Below, piece after piece: positions 47,201 to 59,605 of a stretch of DNA of 64,000 nucleotides (positions within the stretch are counted from its first letter, which is position 1; each line of letters starts with the position of its first letter). The notes beneath the pieces were generated by a model. That model was not told the DNA's origin, searched no databases, and saw only the letters and a list, made by a program, of their open reading frames with translations. Location of the stretch: NCBI RefSeq assembly GCF_033153115.1, contig NW_026889761.1, positions 7,688,001-7,752,000 on the forward strand. The letters run 5' to 3'. The DNA is from Saccostrea echinata. Its lineage: Eukaryota. The translations under genes and the position numbers were made by a program.

Positions 47201-49856
47201 ATCTTTCGATGACTCTAAAATGTGTAAGATTGGAACGTCGGCTACTAAATGAAAATAATATGCACTCTCCAATTTCTGCTTCAAACGAAATTTTAAAATA
47301 AAAAAAGAAGCAACATTATTTATCAATTTTATAAACGCTATGACATCGTCGGCGTTGCACCGGCAGCTATTAATCAGTAAGATCAGGTTAACTGGGAGAG
47401 AAATGTTATTTATAGAGATATTAGTCATATACACGGCCATAGGCGATAAAGGGTATTACCTGGTGAAGGTGACGCTAATTACTGTATACACATGGACAGT
47501 GCCTATTTAAATAACATTTTTGAAAAGATTTTAGTATATATATGCACTTTGAAATATGAAAAAAAAGAAATTCATCCGAGTAACCGAGTACCGATTTTGG
47601 TATTCGATACTCGGACGTTCGATCAAGTACCTGGTTAACCGGATACTCGTTGACATCCCTAATTATAAGCATAGCTGCAAATGCATTCTACAATTTAGGG
47701 TTTCATATAATTAACCTTGAGAAAAACATTACATATTTCAATACAAATCTATATCCATAATCTTATCATTTTGATTTGAATCCCAGTGAATTTCAAAGAT
47801 TATCCTTAGGGTTTCTATGCACATAATGGGACTTGTTGTACCATGGTTGTTAGATTATTTTACCTTGATTTCTACACAAACAAGACAGGTGTCATTAGAA
47901 TGCTTTCCTCTACCCTCATTTCTTCCTCTCTTTCATTTGAAAACCCTCATCTTCTGTAAGCTTCTTCTGCTAAATTGTCAATGTCTTATATTTTCAACCC
48001 CTTTAATATTGTACGTGTATAATGAGATCAACTTACTTTTCCTTTTAATTTCAATAGAAATATTTTGAGATTAAACTATCAAATAAAATCAAATTGATAT
48101 AAATATAACTAAAATTTGTGTTATAAAATATTGATTTCGAAACACTCATTACTTTACACTTTCAAAACTCTTGTCTATCTCCAACACAGTGAATGGTTCA
48201 GCAAAAATGATGAAGAAATGAGAGTCTGTGATCTTACCACTAACATAAAACACTAACCAAATGAAACATTATCATTAATTATAAAACCATCTATGCTTCA
48301 TTTATGATCGCATACTATGTACATCACTAGTTTTCTTCCTATAAGACACCGACTGCGATTTCACAGCAAATTTTTATTTCACACGGGATGCGGAAATGTG
48401 TCTCTAAATGGAAAACCGAACCAAGCGGATACTTTAAATTCCGAATTGTTTGTTTTTTCTCTTGAACCTACGCGTGGGTGACGTTAAGCATAGCATGGCT
48501 TTTAGACAGCCTAATGTGTATTTACCCCTAGTAATTCTTTAAATTTCATTAAAGTTAATCATATCGTATAGGAAAATACTAGTACTCTCAAAAAACTCTC
48601 AAGGAAAAACGAATAAAAATACCTCCTATACATTTTCTTATTGAATATTGATCAACAAATATATTTTAGGGTAAAAAGGCATTTAAAGAAGATTGAGTGA
48701 TTTTTAACCTTAAACAATACTTTAGTTTCTTCTATTTACTTCTATTGTTTTATAATGTATGATGTATAAAGCCTTTGCTATCATTGCTAAACACCATAAA
48801 TTACTTCTAATTTCTTATTATTCTCAGTAATAAACATTGGTACATGTATCTAAAACTAGATTAAAAAAAATTGGATTGGTCTAAATATGTAACTTTTTGT
48901 ATACTTGTACGGGGTACAACTACCAACTTTTTATAAAACCTTTTCTCAGACACTGAAGAGACACAATTTGTCGAAATGCACATCTGGTGCGCACCGTAAA
49001 TGATTTACTTCAAAGAAATTATAAATTGTTTCACGAAACGATTACTATTTCAAGCTTCATTTTGAGACTTTTTAAATTTATTTATGAATTAAAGAGATAT
49101 CCTTCCTGACTGAGGAGCGGATGTTCTTAAAGTACAAATTTTGGATCCTTTAGAACAAAATATAACCCTTGCTGTCACATGTAATATACTCAATGATCAA
49201 TGATCAAGCACCTCTTGAGCATCTATGAAGAACGGTTCAAACCCATCCAGTAAGTCGGACTTTTTTAGAACAAAAACTCAGTGAGTAAGAAGACAGATAT
49301 AGAATTTCTTAGCTAAAATATTTTGTAGGCACAACGATCTAAATATCATTTTGGTTCCACTGAGACAGCAAATATTTTCCATCTTTCAAATATCGAATAA
49401 AAATAATTTCCTTAGTTATGTTTTTTTTAATAGCAGGCTATAGTTTACAACAGTACATGTTTTGAATACGTTGATAGTGTAGTTAGGGCGTAGACTGCGT
49501 TTCTTTGTGATATGTTAGTAAACTAAAGATAAAATATAGCCTACTTCTCCTTATGACAGATAATTTAGGTATTTATATTTCCATTGCAGATTTTTTTATG
49601 ATTAAAAAGGTGTCATAAAGGACTCTGCGTTAAGTGGATATTTCATCTTAAATGTGTCTGTATGTGAGTAAATGACTGAAAAATATTAACTGTGAATTGT
49701 TTTAAATAAACAGGAGAAAAAATATGTATTTTGAATGCCAATGTAATAAAATAAATTGCAATAAATCAATATGTACTCAGAATTTAAGAAGATTGCTTTT
49801 CTACACATTTTCAAATCAGTCAAAACAAATGTATCGCAAACAACATCAACTTTGAA

Positions 49857-52517
49857 TTAATTGCTCCTTAATATTTTAATCAGTTTCTCCCAGAAGTCGT
49901 CATAAGCACAAGATTCTTCGGGATATTCAATAAAAGACTCTCTCTTTACAAGGTCCATAACTTTACTCGGATAGCCGCTGTTGTAAACTTCCGGTAACAA
50001 GATAAGTATAACAAAATCTGCACTTTCACGGTCCTTTATCTCCTCCACTTTAGCCATGTTTAGTTCATAGTCACGCCACTTTGACTTCAAATATCTTTTT
50101 GAAACAATGCAGAGAACTTTTCTACTTTCATGAATTCCAGTCATTATACAATCTACTTTTGAAAATCCCGGGAGATAGTCCCTGTCTCTAACAAGAAGAC
50201 GCAATCCACCAGTGGTTTCAAGCCGAGGTATCACCTCTTTCAATACAAATGTTCTTTCCATTCCAGCGTAAGATAGAAAGACATCGAATTCGTAGTTTAA
50301 ATTAGTGGAATTTTGAACATTCAGTTTGTCCCTAGCTCGGAATTTAAGTTTAGTTTTGTACACAATATAGCGAATCTTCCATCTGTTTTTTACAAGCAAT
50401 ATTCCCGTCAACAAGCTGATGATTACGGCTAGTGAAACAGATCCTGTTATATACCAAGTCAAAAATGATCTACAAATGTTCTCTAAAGATAAAATTGATT
50501 GATCCAAATTTTTAAATGAAAATTTTATTTTATCAGGGTAACACTGATAGAGCTGAATATCTATGAAATTAGCTCTGTTTATTCTGATCCATTGAAGAAA
50601 ATTTTGATTATCACATGAACAACCTAAAAGATTACCAGAAAGATCTACCATTAACTTAGACCTCTGAAAGGCATTCTCCAAATGCACTCGGACTTTTTCA
50701 TCAAAGGATCTTATCCGATTCTGGGAGATGTCGATCAATGATAATTTTGTCATATGATCAATTTTTACATTCCATCTTGATATCTGATTGTTACTGACAT
50801 TTAAAACCTTAAGCTTAGAAGAATTCTTTAGCACTAGATTTGAGAGTTTCGTTATTCTGCAAAATGATATATCTAAGTTCTCAAGGGAAACAAAAGACTC
50901 AAATGTTTTTCCCATTACATCTTTCTCTAGGTCTTGACCTATGTCATTGTGTGATATATTGAAATTCTGGAGTTGTCCACCATTTTTAATGGCATTTGGG
51001 GATATATGTGAGCAAAAGTTATTTGAAACATCTAGTGTGATTTGGTTATTTGTTGGTTGAATGTAAACAGGACCTTCAAAAGAGTGCAAAAAGTTATCCT
51101 GTAATTCTACAATCCTAAGGCTCGGTGCAGAGATGTTAAATTCAGGAATCTTAAAATATAATCGACTGGAATAAGCGTAAATTTCTTCCAGATTTCGTGG
51201 AAAATGCCACATAAAGCTTGAAGTAGTATCGATGTTATTCAGAGTTTGGTTATTTGTAACGTCTTGGCAATGGAGAACATCATTACACGATTCTCTCTTT
51301 TCAATACATTTATCTATAATTGAATTAGGAAACTTTGCTGGATGCTTCTGCAAGCTCGTATTGTAAACTCGCAAGTTTTCCAGCATACTAAATTCAAGTA
51401 CATATAGGCCAGATGTTAGTTTGTTTTCAGCCACTGACAATTTCTCTAAAGTTTTAGGAAGATTTTTAAAGACTCCTGGTTCTAAAATTTCCAATCGGTT
51501 ACTGGCTACATGTAATTCTGTAAGGTTAGTGTATTGGAGAGAAAGAAGGTGATGACATTTAATTTCTGTTCCAACTCCCGCTACACAATTAACTCCATTA
51601 ATATTCAGAGATTTAATTTTAGTTTTGTTCAAATTGTAAGTTACATTAGGCATAGATGCGAAGCCTAGCTGACGGTTGTAGGAAATATTCAGATGCTGTA
51701 ACCTTGGCATGTTACTAAACGATCCCTTATCAATATCCTTTACATTGCAGTAGGAAAGATCCAAAACCTCAAGGAATTGCAAATTTGAGAACATTTTCGA
51801 ATCAATATATTCAAAAATACAATTGCCTGCAATCCCAGACATATCTAAAACTTTAAGATTCCTTAAATGCAAGAAACTTTTTCCAAATCTTGTGTTTGGT
51901 ATTCCATTCATTTTTATGGTTGATATAGAAAGAAGATTTGCAAAAGCATCTCCTGGAAAAGATATAGATTTTTTCTTGTCGCTATTTCTTTTTATGTTAA
52001 GCACTTCTAAAGACGACAGTGATTGAAATAGTTTCTCGTAAATTGAATGTTCCAGTTGATTTCCCTCTAGGTTCAAAAACTCAAGTTTTGTCAAATGTTT
52101 GAAAGGATTTCCTTTTACAGTTGTTAAGTTATTTTCAGATAAATCGAGATAAGTCAGCTTTTCTGGCAGTTTAATACTTTTTGACTGAATCACTCTGATC
52201 TTATTTTTACTGAGGTCTATCCACGTGATGCTGTCGTTCATATTTGGTATAACACTAAGATTCCGTTTTGAACAATTCACACGTATTCCAATATCATAAG
52301 AAAAACAAATACACTCAATGCTACTGAACCAACAAGAATTATTTTCCCGTGCATCACTATGAAAAAAGTCAATAAACATGGACACAGAAAACCAGATGAG
52401 AATTGATGCCTTGTTATTCATCATAGATGTTGCTGCGAAATTCGTCCTACATGCTGTGTGTTTTTGAAGTGTGGCTACTATGAGTGCTTTCTCATTTAAC
52501 TTGTCTGCCTTTACCAT
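49857..52517 (-). CDS. Toll-like receptor A1 (single-exon LRR-TM-TIR), 886 aa; may start at 52424/52421
   Basis: Same architecture as A2; signal peptide follows MMNNKASILIWFSV; TIR FDVFLSY / RDYLPG / FWEKL; 3' flank 49640-49857 resembles 21760-21980. Confidence 0.95.
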   Translation of the reverse strand: MVKADKLNEKALIVATLQKHTACRTNFAATSMMNNKASILIWFSVSMFIDFFHSDARENNSCWFSSIECICFSYDIGIRVNCSKRNLSVIPNMNDSITWIDLSKNKIRVIQSKSIKLPEKLTYLDLSENNLTTVKGNPFKHLTKLEFLNLEGNQLEHSIYEKLFQSLSSLEVLNIKRNSDKKKSISFPGDAFANLLSISTIKMNGIPNTRFGKSFLHLRNLKVLDMSGIAGNCIFEYIDSKMFSNLQFLEVLDLSYCNVKDIDKGSFSNMPRLQHLNISYNRQLGFASMPNVTYNLNKTKIKSLNINGVNCVAGVGTEIKCHHLLSLQYTNLTELHVASNRLEILEPGVFKNLPKTLEKLSVAENKLTSGLYVLEFSMLENLRVYNTSLQKHPAKFPNSIIDKCIEKRESCNDVLHCQDVTNNQTLNNIDTTSSFMWHFPRNLEEIYAYSSRLYFKIPEFNISAPSLRIVELQDNFLHSFEGPVYIQPTNNQITLDVSNNFCSHISPNAIKNGGQLQNFNISHNDIGQDLEKDVMGKTFESFVSLENLDISFCRITKLSNLVLKNSSKLKVLNVSNNQISRWNVKIDHMTKLSLIDISQNRIRSFDEKVRVHLENAFQRSKLMVDLSGNLLGCSCDNQNFLQWIRINRANFIDIQLYQCYPDKIKFSFKNLDQSILSLENICRSFLTWYITGSVSLAVIISLLTGILLVKNRWKIRYIVYKTKLKFRARDKLNVQNSTNLNYEFDVFLSYAGMERTFVLKEVIPRLETTGGLRLLVRDRDYLPGFSKVDCIMTGIHESRKVLCIVSKRYLKSKWRDYELNMAKVEEIKDRESADFVILILLPEVYNSGYPSKVMDLVKRESFIEYPEESCAYDDFWEKLIKILRSN

Positions 52518-52907
52518 AAATGATAAACAAGTGGTCGGTTATCAATGAGGAAGTTTAAATGATATAATGCATGTGCTAGTAGAGTTAACACTTCACGCTG
52601 TAAGAGGTTTATTATATTTTCATTCTGATATTTGTAACATGCTTTGCTTGTCTCCTGTGCCCTAGATAAAGTTTATTCACATTCAATAGCGCTTTGGGAA
52701 TAAGGGTTTATTGGCGACCCAAAAAATTACCGTATCAAATTTATCAGCATCTGATGCAAGTTTCCTAGGGGGAGATTTCCTGTCATATCAATCACAATGG
52801 CTGAACAGGATAGCAGTTATTCAGAGCATTTGATTAAGAAAATGACTTTGCAATAATTTAATTTATGCAAATAGCTTTATCATTTCAGTGTATTTCATAG
52901 ATGAACT

Positions 52908-53225
52908 CACAGTCATGGTAGTTCAGTCAGTAGAGCGCTCTCTCCGTGATCGGAACGTCGTGTGTTCGAATCACGGCCGCGACTGACATAAGTCGATAAA
53001 AATAGCGCTCGGCACTTTGAAGTGAAAGTTGCGGGTTCTTCTAATAAGACCTTAAAAACCGTGGCCATGTGTCCAATAGGCGTTGGCACGATTAAGATGC
53101 CTCACTGCTCAATAGTTCTGAGTGCCGAGTAAAAATCTTAGTTTGAAGCCCTTCACCGGTATATGGTGACGTCTCAATATGCGTGAAAAATTCTCGAACG
53201 ATACGTAAAAAACAACATACAATCA
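52908..53225 (+). mobile_element. tRNA-derived SINE
   Basis: GTAGTTCAGTCAGTAGAGCG...GTTCGAATC head, family core and tail; interrupts the upstream homology with ~2020. Confidence 0.8.
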
Positions 53226-54845
53226 ACGATCGTTTATTTTCTCAAATCTCAAGTATTATCTCGTTTTGTCCCTTTCAAATTTTCATTTCAGCTACTGAAA
53301 TGGGATTATATTGCTTTTACTGGAGNNNNNNNNNNNNNNNNNNNNNNNNNNNNNNNNNNNNNNNNNNNNNNNNNNNNNNNNNNNNNNNNNNNNNNNNNNN
53401 NNNNNNNNNNNNNNNNNNNNNNNNNNNNNNNNNNNNNNNNNNNNNNNNNNNNNNNNNNNNNNNNNNNNNNNNNNNNNNNNNNNNNNNNNNNNNNNNNNNN
53501 NNNNNNNNNNNNNNNNNNNNNNNNNNCCGACAATCTTTTCATGTAAAGACTTCAGAATTTAGGCATAGAACTGCATTTTCCAAGTTATGGCTACGTTTCC
53601 TTACACAATTACCAGCTGATGCACCAAAATCAAATGTAAATGACTAAGAACAGGAAGATGAAGCACAAGAAAGTCAGATCGTAAGTATACCGATAAATTA
53701 TACAGAAAGGTACTCTCAAAATCTAGTCGTTAAAAAAGAGTGTAGCAAACCTAAGAGTTGCAAGTATTGAATAATATGCATGGCGTTAATTGCTATAGGT
53801 TAAAGGATGGAGATACAGAGAGAATTTATATACATGTACATTCTCCTTATCTCCATCTCCTAGCCTCTAGCAATTAATCAAAGTCGTACAAAACAGATGT
53901 GGCCCTACACTTCCCAAGAATGATTTTTGTGAATATTATCTTGTTTATAGTACCAAGTTTGTGCTTCATTACTTTGTAAAGCTATGAAACATTTTATATG
54001 CACCCATAGGTGCCACAGTGAATTAATCTGCAGTTTATGAAGATATTGTTCGTATCTATGAAATATTTGAAGCCTTAGAGTTATATAGAAATTCAGAGAG
54101 TTTCTTTACGCTAAGGCCCTTCATATGGACTGGTCATTGTCCGGATATAGTATTTTGTTTCAATCTTGCCAATAATTTTCAGTTAAGCCAGATAAATTGT
54201 TGACCTATTTATTCACTTTCTGAGTTATTGATTGAACATAGTTTACAGAACATATTATGTTTGATCATGAAAGGTTTGGGAGCGTGTAATGAACTTGGGT
54301 TTCAAAATTGCATACTTAATCCATGTTTTACCGGTTAGCACTTTATGATACCAGGCACCTGTGCACTAAATCTCCTAATATTAACATTTTTATCACGTAT
54401 TTAAATTTGCTGGTATGACAGATCGTTAATTATATATTAATTATTGGAAACGATTATTGATATTTCAAATATCACAGTTATATGTTATAAATTGCTATAA
54501 GATGGCCTAATTTCTAATCATATAAACTTTTGATTCGATATCCCACACATTACATAAGCTATATTAATATAATTTTATGAAGGAAAGGGTATTATAAGGG
54601 ACAAATTGGAGCCCTGATTTGCGCTTTTTGTGAACATGAAAAGTTTCAATTAAGTATCTAAAATGATTCCAAGGTATAACAGCCTAATATACTTTATTTT
54701 TATCCTTATAGACACACATAAAGACAACAAGAAGGTGGAAGACTTCATATTCATTTCATTTATTAATTTTGTCCAATTCAAGATAGTATTAGTATTAGAC
54801 AAATTATAGCACAAGTGAGTTTATCTTTTAATTTCAAACAGATTG

Positions 54846-56440
54846 TACGGAAGCCAAAAATAAATTTAAAAAAATGAAAAACGAAATTATTAAATAAAAA
54901 AAAAAATGAAATTATTAAATTAAAAACGAAATTATCAAATAAAAAACGAAATTATTAAATAAAAAACTGAAACTAAAATACGGAATTTATAGATGTGCAT
55001 GTAGGGGTCTGAACCCATTAGTCATTCCATAAAGCGCACGTAACAAGTGTGATATTTGCATTTACACTCAGCTATTCCCATATCGATAACATACATGACC
55101 ATCAACATAACCGTAACCAGATGTAGTAGACAATCACAATACATGAATAGGGAAGAATTTTACCTTTGGTTATCTAATATGCTTAGATCTATGTCTTTAT
55201 CTTACATTAACATGAATAATTAATTCTCGAGAGGGACGTTAAACAACATACAAACAAAAACATGATTAATGTGAACTTTGACCACTCTGATGAATTGACC
55301 AGTAATTCGATGACAAGTTTACGTTAACTGTAGCTTTCTTAAACCCTCAGCTCAGAAGGTCTAATTATCAGCAAATAATGAATCTGGACATGAAACATCA
55401 AAGAGATAATGCTAATAAATTGCACAAATATTTAAGATATACATGTCTGTTAAGATTTCGATGTTTACAACCGCTGGACTTTATAACATTTAGAAAATTC
55501 CCATGGCTATAAATCATTTTTCAATTATCGCACAGCACAATAATGCTGTAAAATGATATGTTACCGATCGGATTTTGTGGGTTTGTTTGAAATTATAAAA
55601 ATTTCTTTAAAGAGAGCAAATGAAAAAATTAAACAAGTAAAAGTGGTTACAATGAGTAGATTTTAATGATTTCTTCCTTAATTAAAAATTAAGCAAAACA
55701 CTTTTAATTTCTTGGTCATTTTATCAAAGCTTAATTAGAAGTGATGCACTAACTACCTATTTGTTCTCACATATCCTAAATGACAAATTCTCAATCTGTA
55801 TTTACAAGTCAGTGATAGTTGTGAACAAACAATGCATACACTTGCATAACAAATCCCTCAAATTATTCAAATTATTCTCTTTATTGTTTCAACAACCTAA
55901 GATTTATGGGTACACGGGCAGGGCGCTAGGTTTAGTTTCGGGGGGAATTCAGTAATACGATACGCAAGGTCTTGACCTTTCAGGGATTCATGAGCTTTTT
56001 TGGAATGTCATTAATTTTATGTCAGCAGAAACAGTCATCCTCACTACGTCCTCACTAAGTAAACATATTTTGAACAGTCATGAAGCACTTCATAAATGCG
56101 AATTACAGGCTGTGGGCACATAATGTTTTTTTTTTACGTTATTAACCTAAGATTCTTTTTTATTTTTCATTTCCCCCACACTTGTTTTAATGTCGGAACA
56201 AAATCAGGTCTATATAATTACTAAGTGATGCTTTATGACACGTGTGCTTTATGGAATTATTCATGGGTTAGGCCCTTACCATGCGCATCTATAAATTCCG
56301 TATATTTTAGTTTCAGTTTTTATTTAATAATTTCGTTTTTTATTTAATAATTCGTTTTTTCTTCAATAATTTCGTTTTTTCTTCAATAATTTCGTTTTTA
56401 CTTTTAAATTATTTTTGGTTTGCACTATTGGGCTTCCGTA
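54846..56440. mobile_element. Unclassified element with ~200-bp terminal inverted repeats
   Basis: TACGGAAGCC...GGCTTCCGTA termini; 54846-55040 is an inverted match to 56240-56440 and includes ~20-bp AAACGAAATTATTAAAT tandem units; no clear TSD. Confidence 0.75.
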
Positions 56441-57436
56441 AATTAGACATAAGGACATACATGTAAAATAAATTTGGCAATTATTCATATATGGTTAATT
56501 TACTTCCTTTTTATAATGTTTACTTAATTTAAAATTGATAACAAGTGAATGATTACAGGAGAATGAGGATATGAATCGCGATTTTGATTCTCCTTTGATT
56601 CTGATTTTGTGATTCCAATTAAAAATCAACTTTAATCATAAGATAGGAAATCAGTGTTAAAGACTCCTGTTGATGAAATCCGGACGCTAAAGGGGGAAAT
56701 TCTGTCACAGGGTAATTTTTTCATCAAATGAGAAACTCTATTGTGGCTTAAGCTAGAAAGGTGGGTAGGTGAGGTAATTATAATATCTCTTAAAGTACTC
56801 ATAAACTTTTATAATGGGATATATTATGAAATATATTACAATACTATATTACTTGAACAAGACCTATTTTGATTTTGAGATCTGAAGGTCTAATGTCAAA
56901 ATAATAATATCATAGATTTCAATGAAGCAATTGCAAAGAAATTTAATCATGACTCCCAATTANNNNNNNNNNNNNNNNNNNNNNNNNNNNNNNNNNNNNN
57001 NNNNNNNNNNNNNNNNNNNNNNNNNNNNNNNNNNNNNNNNNNNNNNNNNNNNNNNNNNNNNNNNNNNNNNNNNNNNNNNNNNNNNNNNNNNNNNNNNNNN
57101 NNNNNNNNNNNNNNNNNNNNNNNNNNNNNNNNNNNNNNNNNNNNAGGTTGATCTATCAGTCTGTCATTGTATCTCTGACATATTTTCGTTTCCAGGTGAT
57201 AACTTTGAAAATAATAGCATTTTAATTTCACATTAGGTCTTTTTTAACCTTTGTCAAAGTTTAAAGCTCAGGGTAAAAAATTCAAGTATTGCATAAAATG
57301 ATTGAAAGGGGAATAAATTTTGAGATATGGAAATTATAATTTAATTAAAGTGATGAACTTTTTAACTTTCCACTAATGAAAAATGTTGGTTAAACTTCTA
57401 TAAAATATATATATTTATAAAATTTTATAATATTAA

Positions 57437-57640
57437 GGAGGCTGGGGGTCAACAAATTAACCATCAGATATAACTTAATTTTTTAGGTATGATATCTTAA
57501 GCTGTCAACTTTCATTTGGCAAAGAAAAATTTCATAAATTTTAGTTTTAAAATTTGATCATTTTTGGATATCTTTATATGGAGCTCTTCTTCTAAAGGAG
57601 ATCAATATAGTCTGAAAATGGCCACAACCCCCCAGCCTTC
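57437..57640. mobile_element. 204-bp TTAA-TSD MITE (Kolobok-like)
   Basis: TIR GGAGGCTGGGGG / CCCCCAGCCTTC, TTAA on both sides. Confidence 0.85.
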
Positions 57641-58649
57641 TTAAATTCACATACTGCATTTTTCTTGATCATTCTCAATATAGAAATCCTGCCATATTTC
57701 TCCAGGAAAAAAGTTTAAAGACAATGAAGTACTGACGAAGGAAGCATCTGTTGTTCAACTACATCGGGAAAATACTTGCAAATGAAATTTTCACTTACTT
57801 TAACTTGGTTTGATATAATGATAGAAATACTTTAATCTATTCTGAATTTTGTCAGTTTTGTCAAATGATCTAATTGACTTGGGGGCCAAAAATTCATGCT
57901 TATGAAAGGCCCGTATTGCTCTTGGGGTCACAACGTCAAAGGCAGATATCACAAATTCATTTAGGTTATGAAATGGTGTAATTTAGTTTCTTGATGAATG
58001 AAATTCCCCTAGCTATTGCAAAAAGAAAATCATATCAGAACTCCCTATACATGTAATTACAGAAACTTGACCCTTACTATACCTGCACATTCTAAAGAAA
58101 TTTAGGTATATTGTTGTTACACTGGTCTTTCCACCTGTCTGTCACGTTTTCTTCTTACTCAAACTTACATTAACTAACAAAGACTTTTTTTCATAAACCT
58201 GGTTTCCAGAACTTTTTAAATACTTACATGAAACACAGAAGCCAAATCATCTTTTGGAAAATGATTGGTGGTGTTTTGTAGATGTGAGGTTTCGGAATTT
58301 TTATTTTGATCCTTGGGACGAAAAAGAAGTTAAACTGACGTGTTTCTCCCTACAAAAACCTGATTCCGAGAACTCCTTTTACATTGTACACGGTAGACAA
58401 ATCCATGTTTGGGAAGTGATTGCTGGTAGATGTGCAATAAAGGTTCTGAAAATCGTTTTCATCTCGGTAGCCAAATTGGAATTAAAAAAAAGACGTTTTT
58501 CTACAGAAAATCCTGCTTCCAAAGTTCCTCTTACACTAGTGCACCGTAGCGAAATCATCTTCTGGAAGGTGATTGCATGTGTATTGTACATGTGCAACAA
58601 GGATTTGGAACTTTCATTTTCACCTTGGTGAAAGGAGTGAAAAAAGATG

Positions 58650-59228
58650 ATTTATTTTGTTAAAAAACATTCTGATTTTACACACAAGTACTCTGAAGTT
58701 GACATTAAAAAGATGCTTGAGTTTCTGATTGACAATATCTATGTGGTTTTTGGAGACCATGTCTACCAACAATCTATTGGAATTCCCATTTTCCATGGGT
58801 ACCAATTGTTCCCGTTATTAGCAGACCTTTATTTGTATTCATATGAAGCAGAATTTGTCCAAAATCTTTTACGTGAAAAGAAGAAAAACTTGCTGTGGCC
58901 TTCAACTCGACATTTAGATATATCGACGACATATATATATTGTCAATTAACAATGGTTATTTCCATTTTTATGTCGATACAATATATATCCCAGTGAGCT
59001 TGAGATAAAAGATACCACAGAGTCTGACACATCTGCTTCATATTTGGATATTTTACTTGAAAAGATTTTAATGGTAATCTAACAACCAAGCTTTATAATA
59101 AACGTGATGACTTTAACTTTTCAATCGTCAACTTCCCTTACTTATGCAGCAATATACCTTCATCACCTGCATACGGGGTGTATATCTCTCAGTTGATTCG
59201 ATACGCAAGAGCATGCTCTACGTATGTA
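58650..59228 (+). mobile_element. Naiad-like PLE RT fragment spanning the empty Harbinger site
   Basis: YFVKKHSD..KYSEVDIKKMLEFLIDNIYVVFGDHVYQQSIGIP..PLLADLYLYSYEAEF; colinear with 9920-10026 joined to 15801-16246. Confidence 0.9.
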
Positions 59229-59485
59229 ACAAGGTTAAGCAGGACAGTGCGTCCCAATTAAGAGATAATTAAGTGTTCTGAATTAAAAATTAAAAGACGG
59301 TAGAATTGTTTGATTAACAAGTTAGAGAACATTTATGTTCTGATTTTCAGATCGTCAGAAGATCTTAATGTAAAGCAAAATTTTTACTGTAGCGCACGCA
59401 TAAAATTCAAATGGTTACTGTGTCGAGAGAAATTTTACTCTGTCAGGCCGATACAGTAAAACAGCTCATGGAGTACCCTGATGAC

Positions 59486-59582
59486 ACTATAGTGATAACT
59501 TTGAAACTTTGATTTACTATAGTGATAACTTTGAAACTTTGATTTACTATAGTGATAACTTTGAAACTTTGAATTACTGTAG
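59486..59582. repeat. 30-bp tandem repeat, about 3 units
   Basis: Unit ACTATAGTGATAACTTTGAAACTTTGATTT. Confidence 0.9.
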
Positions 59583-59605
59583 TTAACTTTATTTTTGTAA
59601 GGGAA

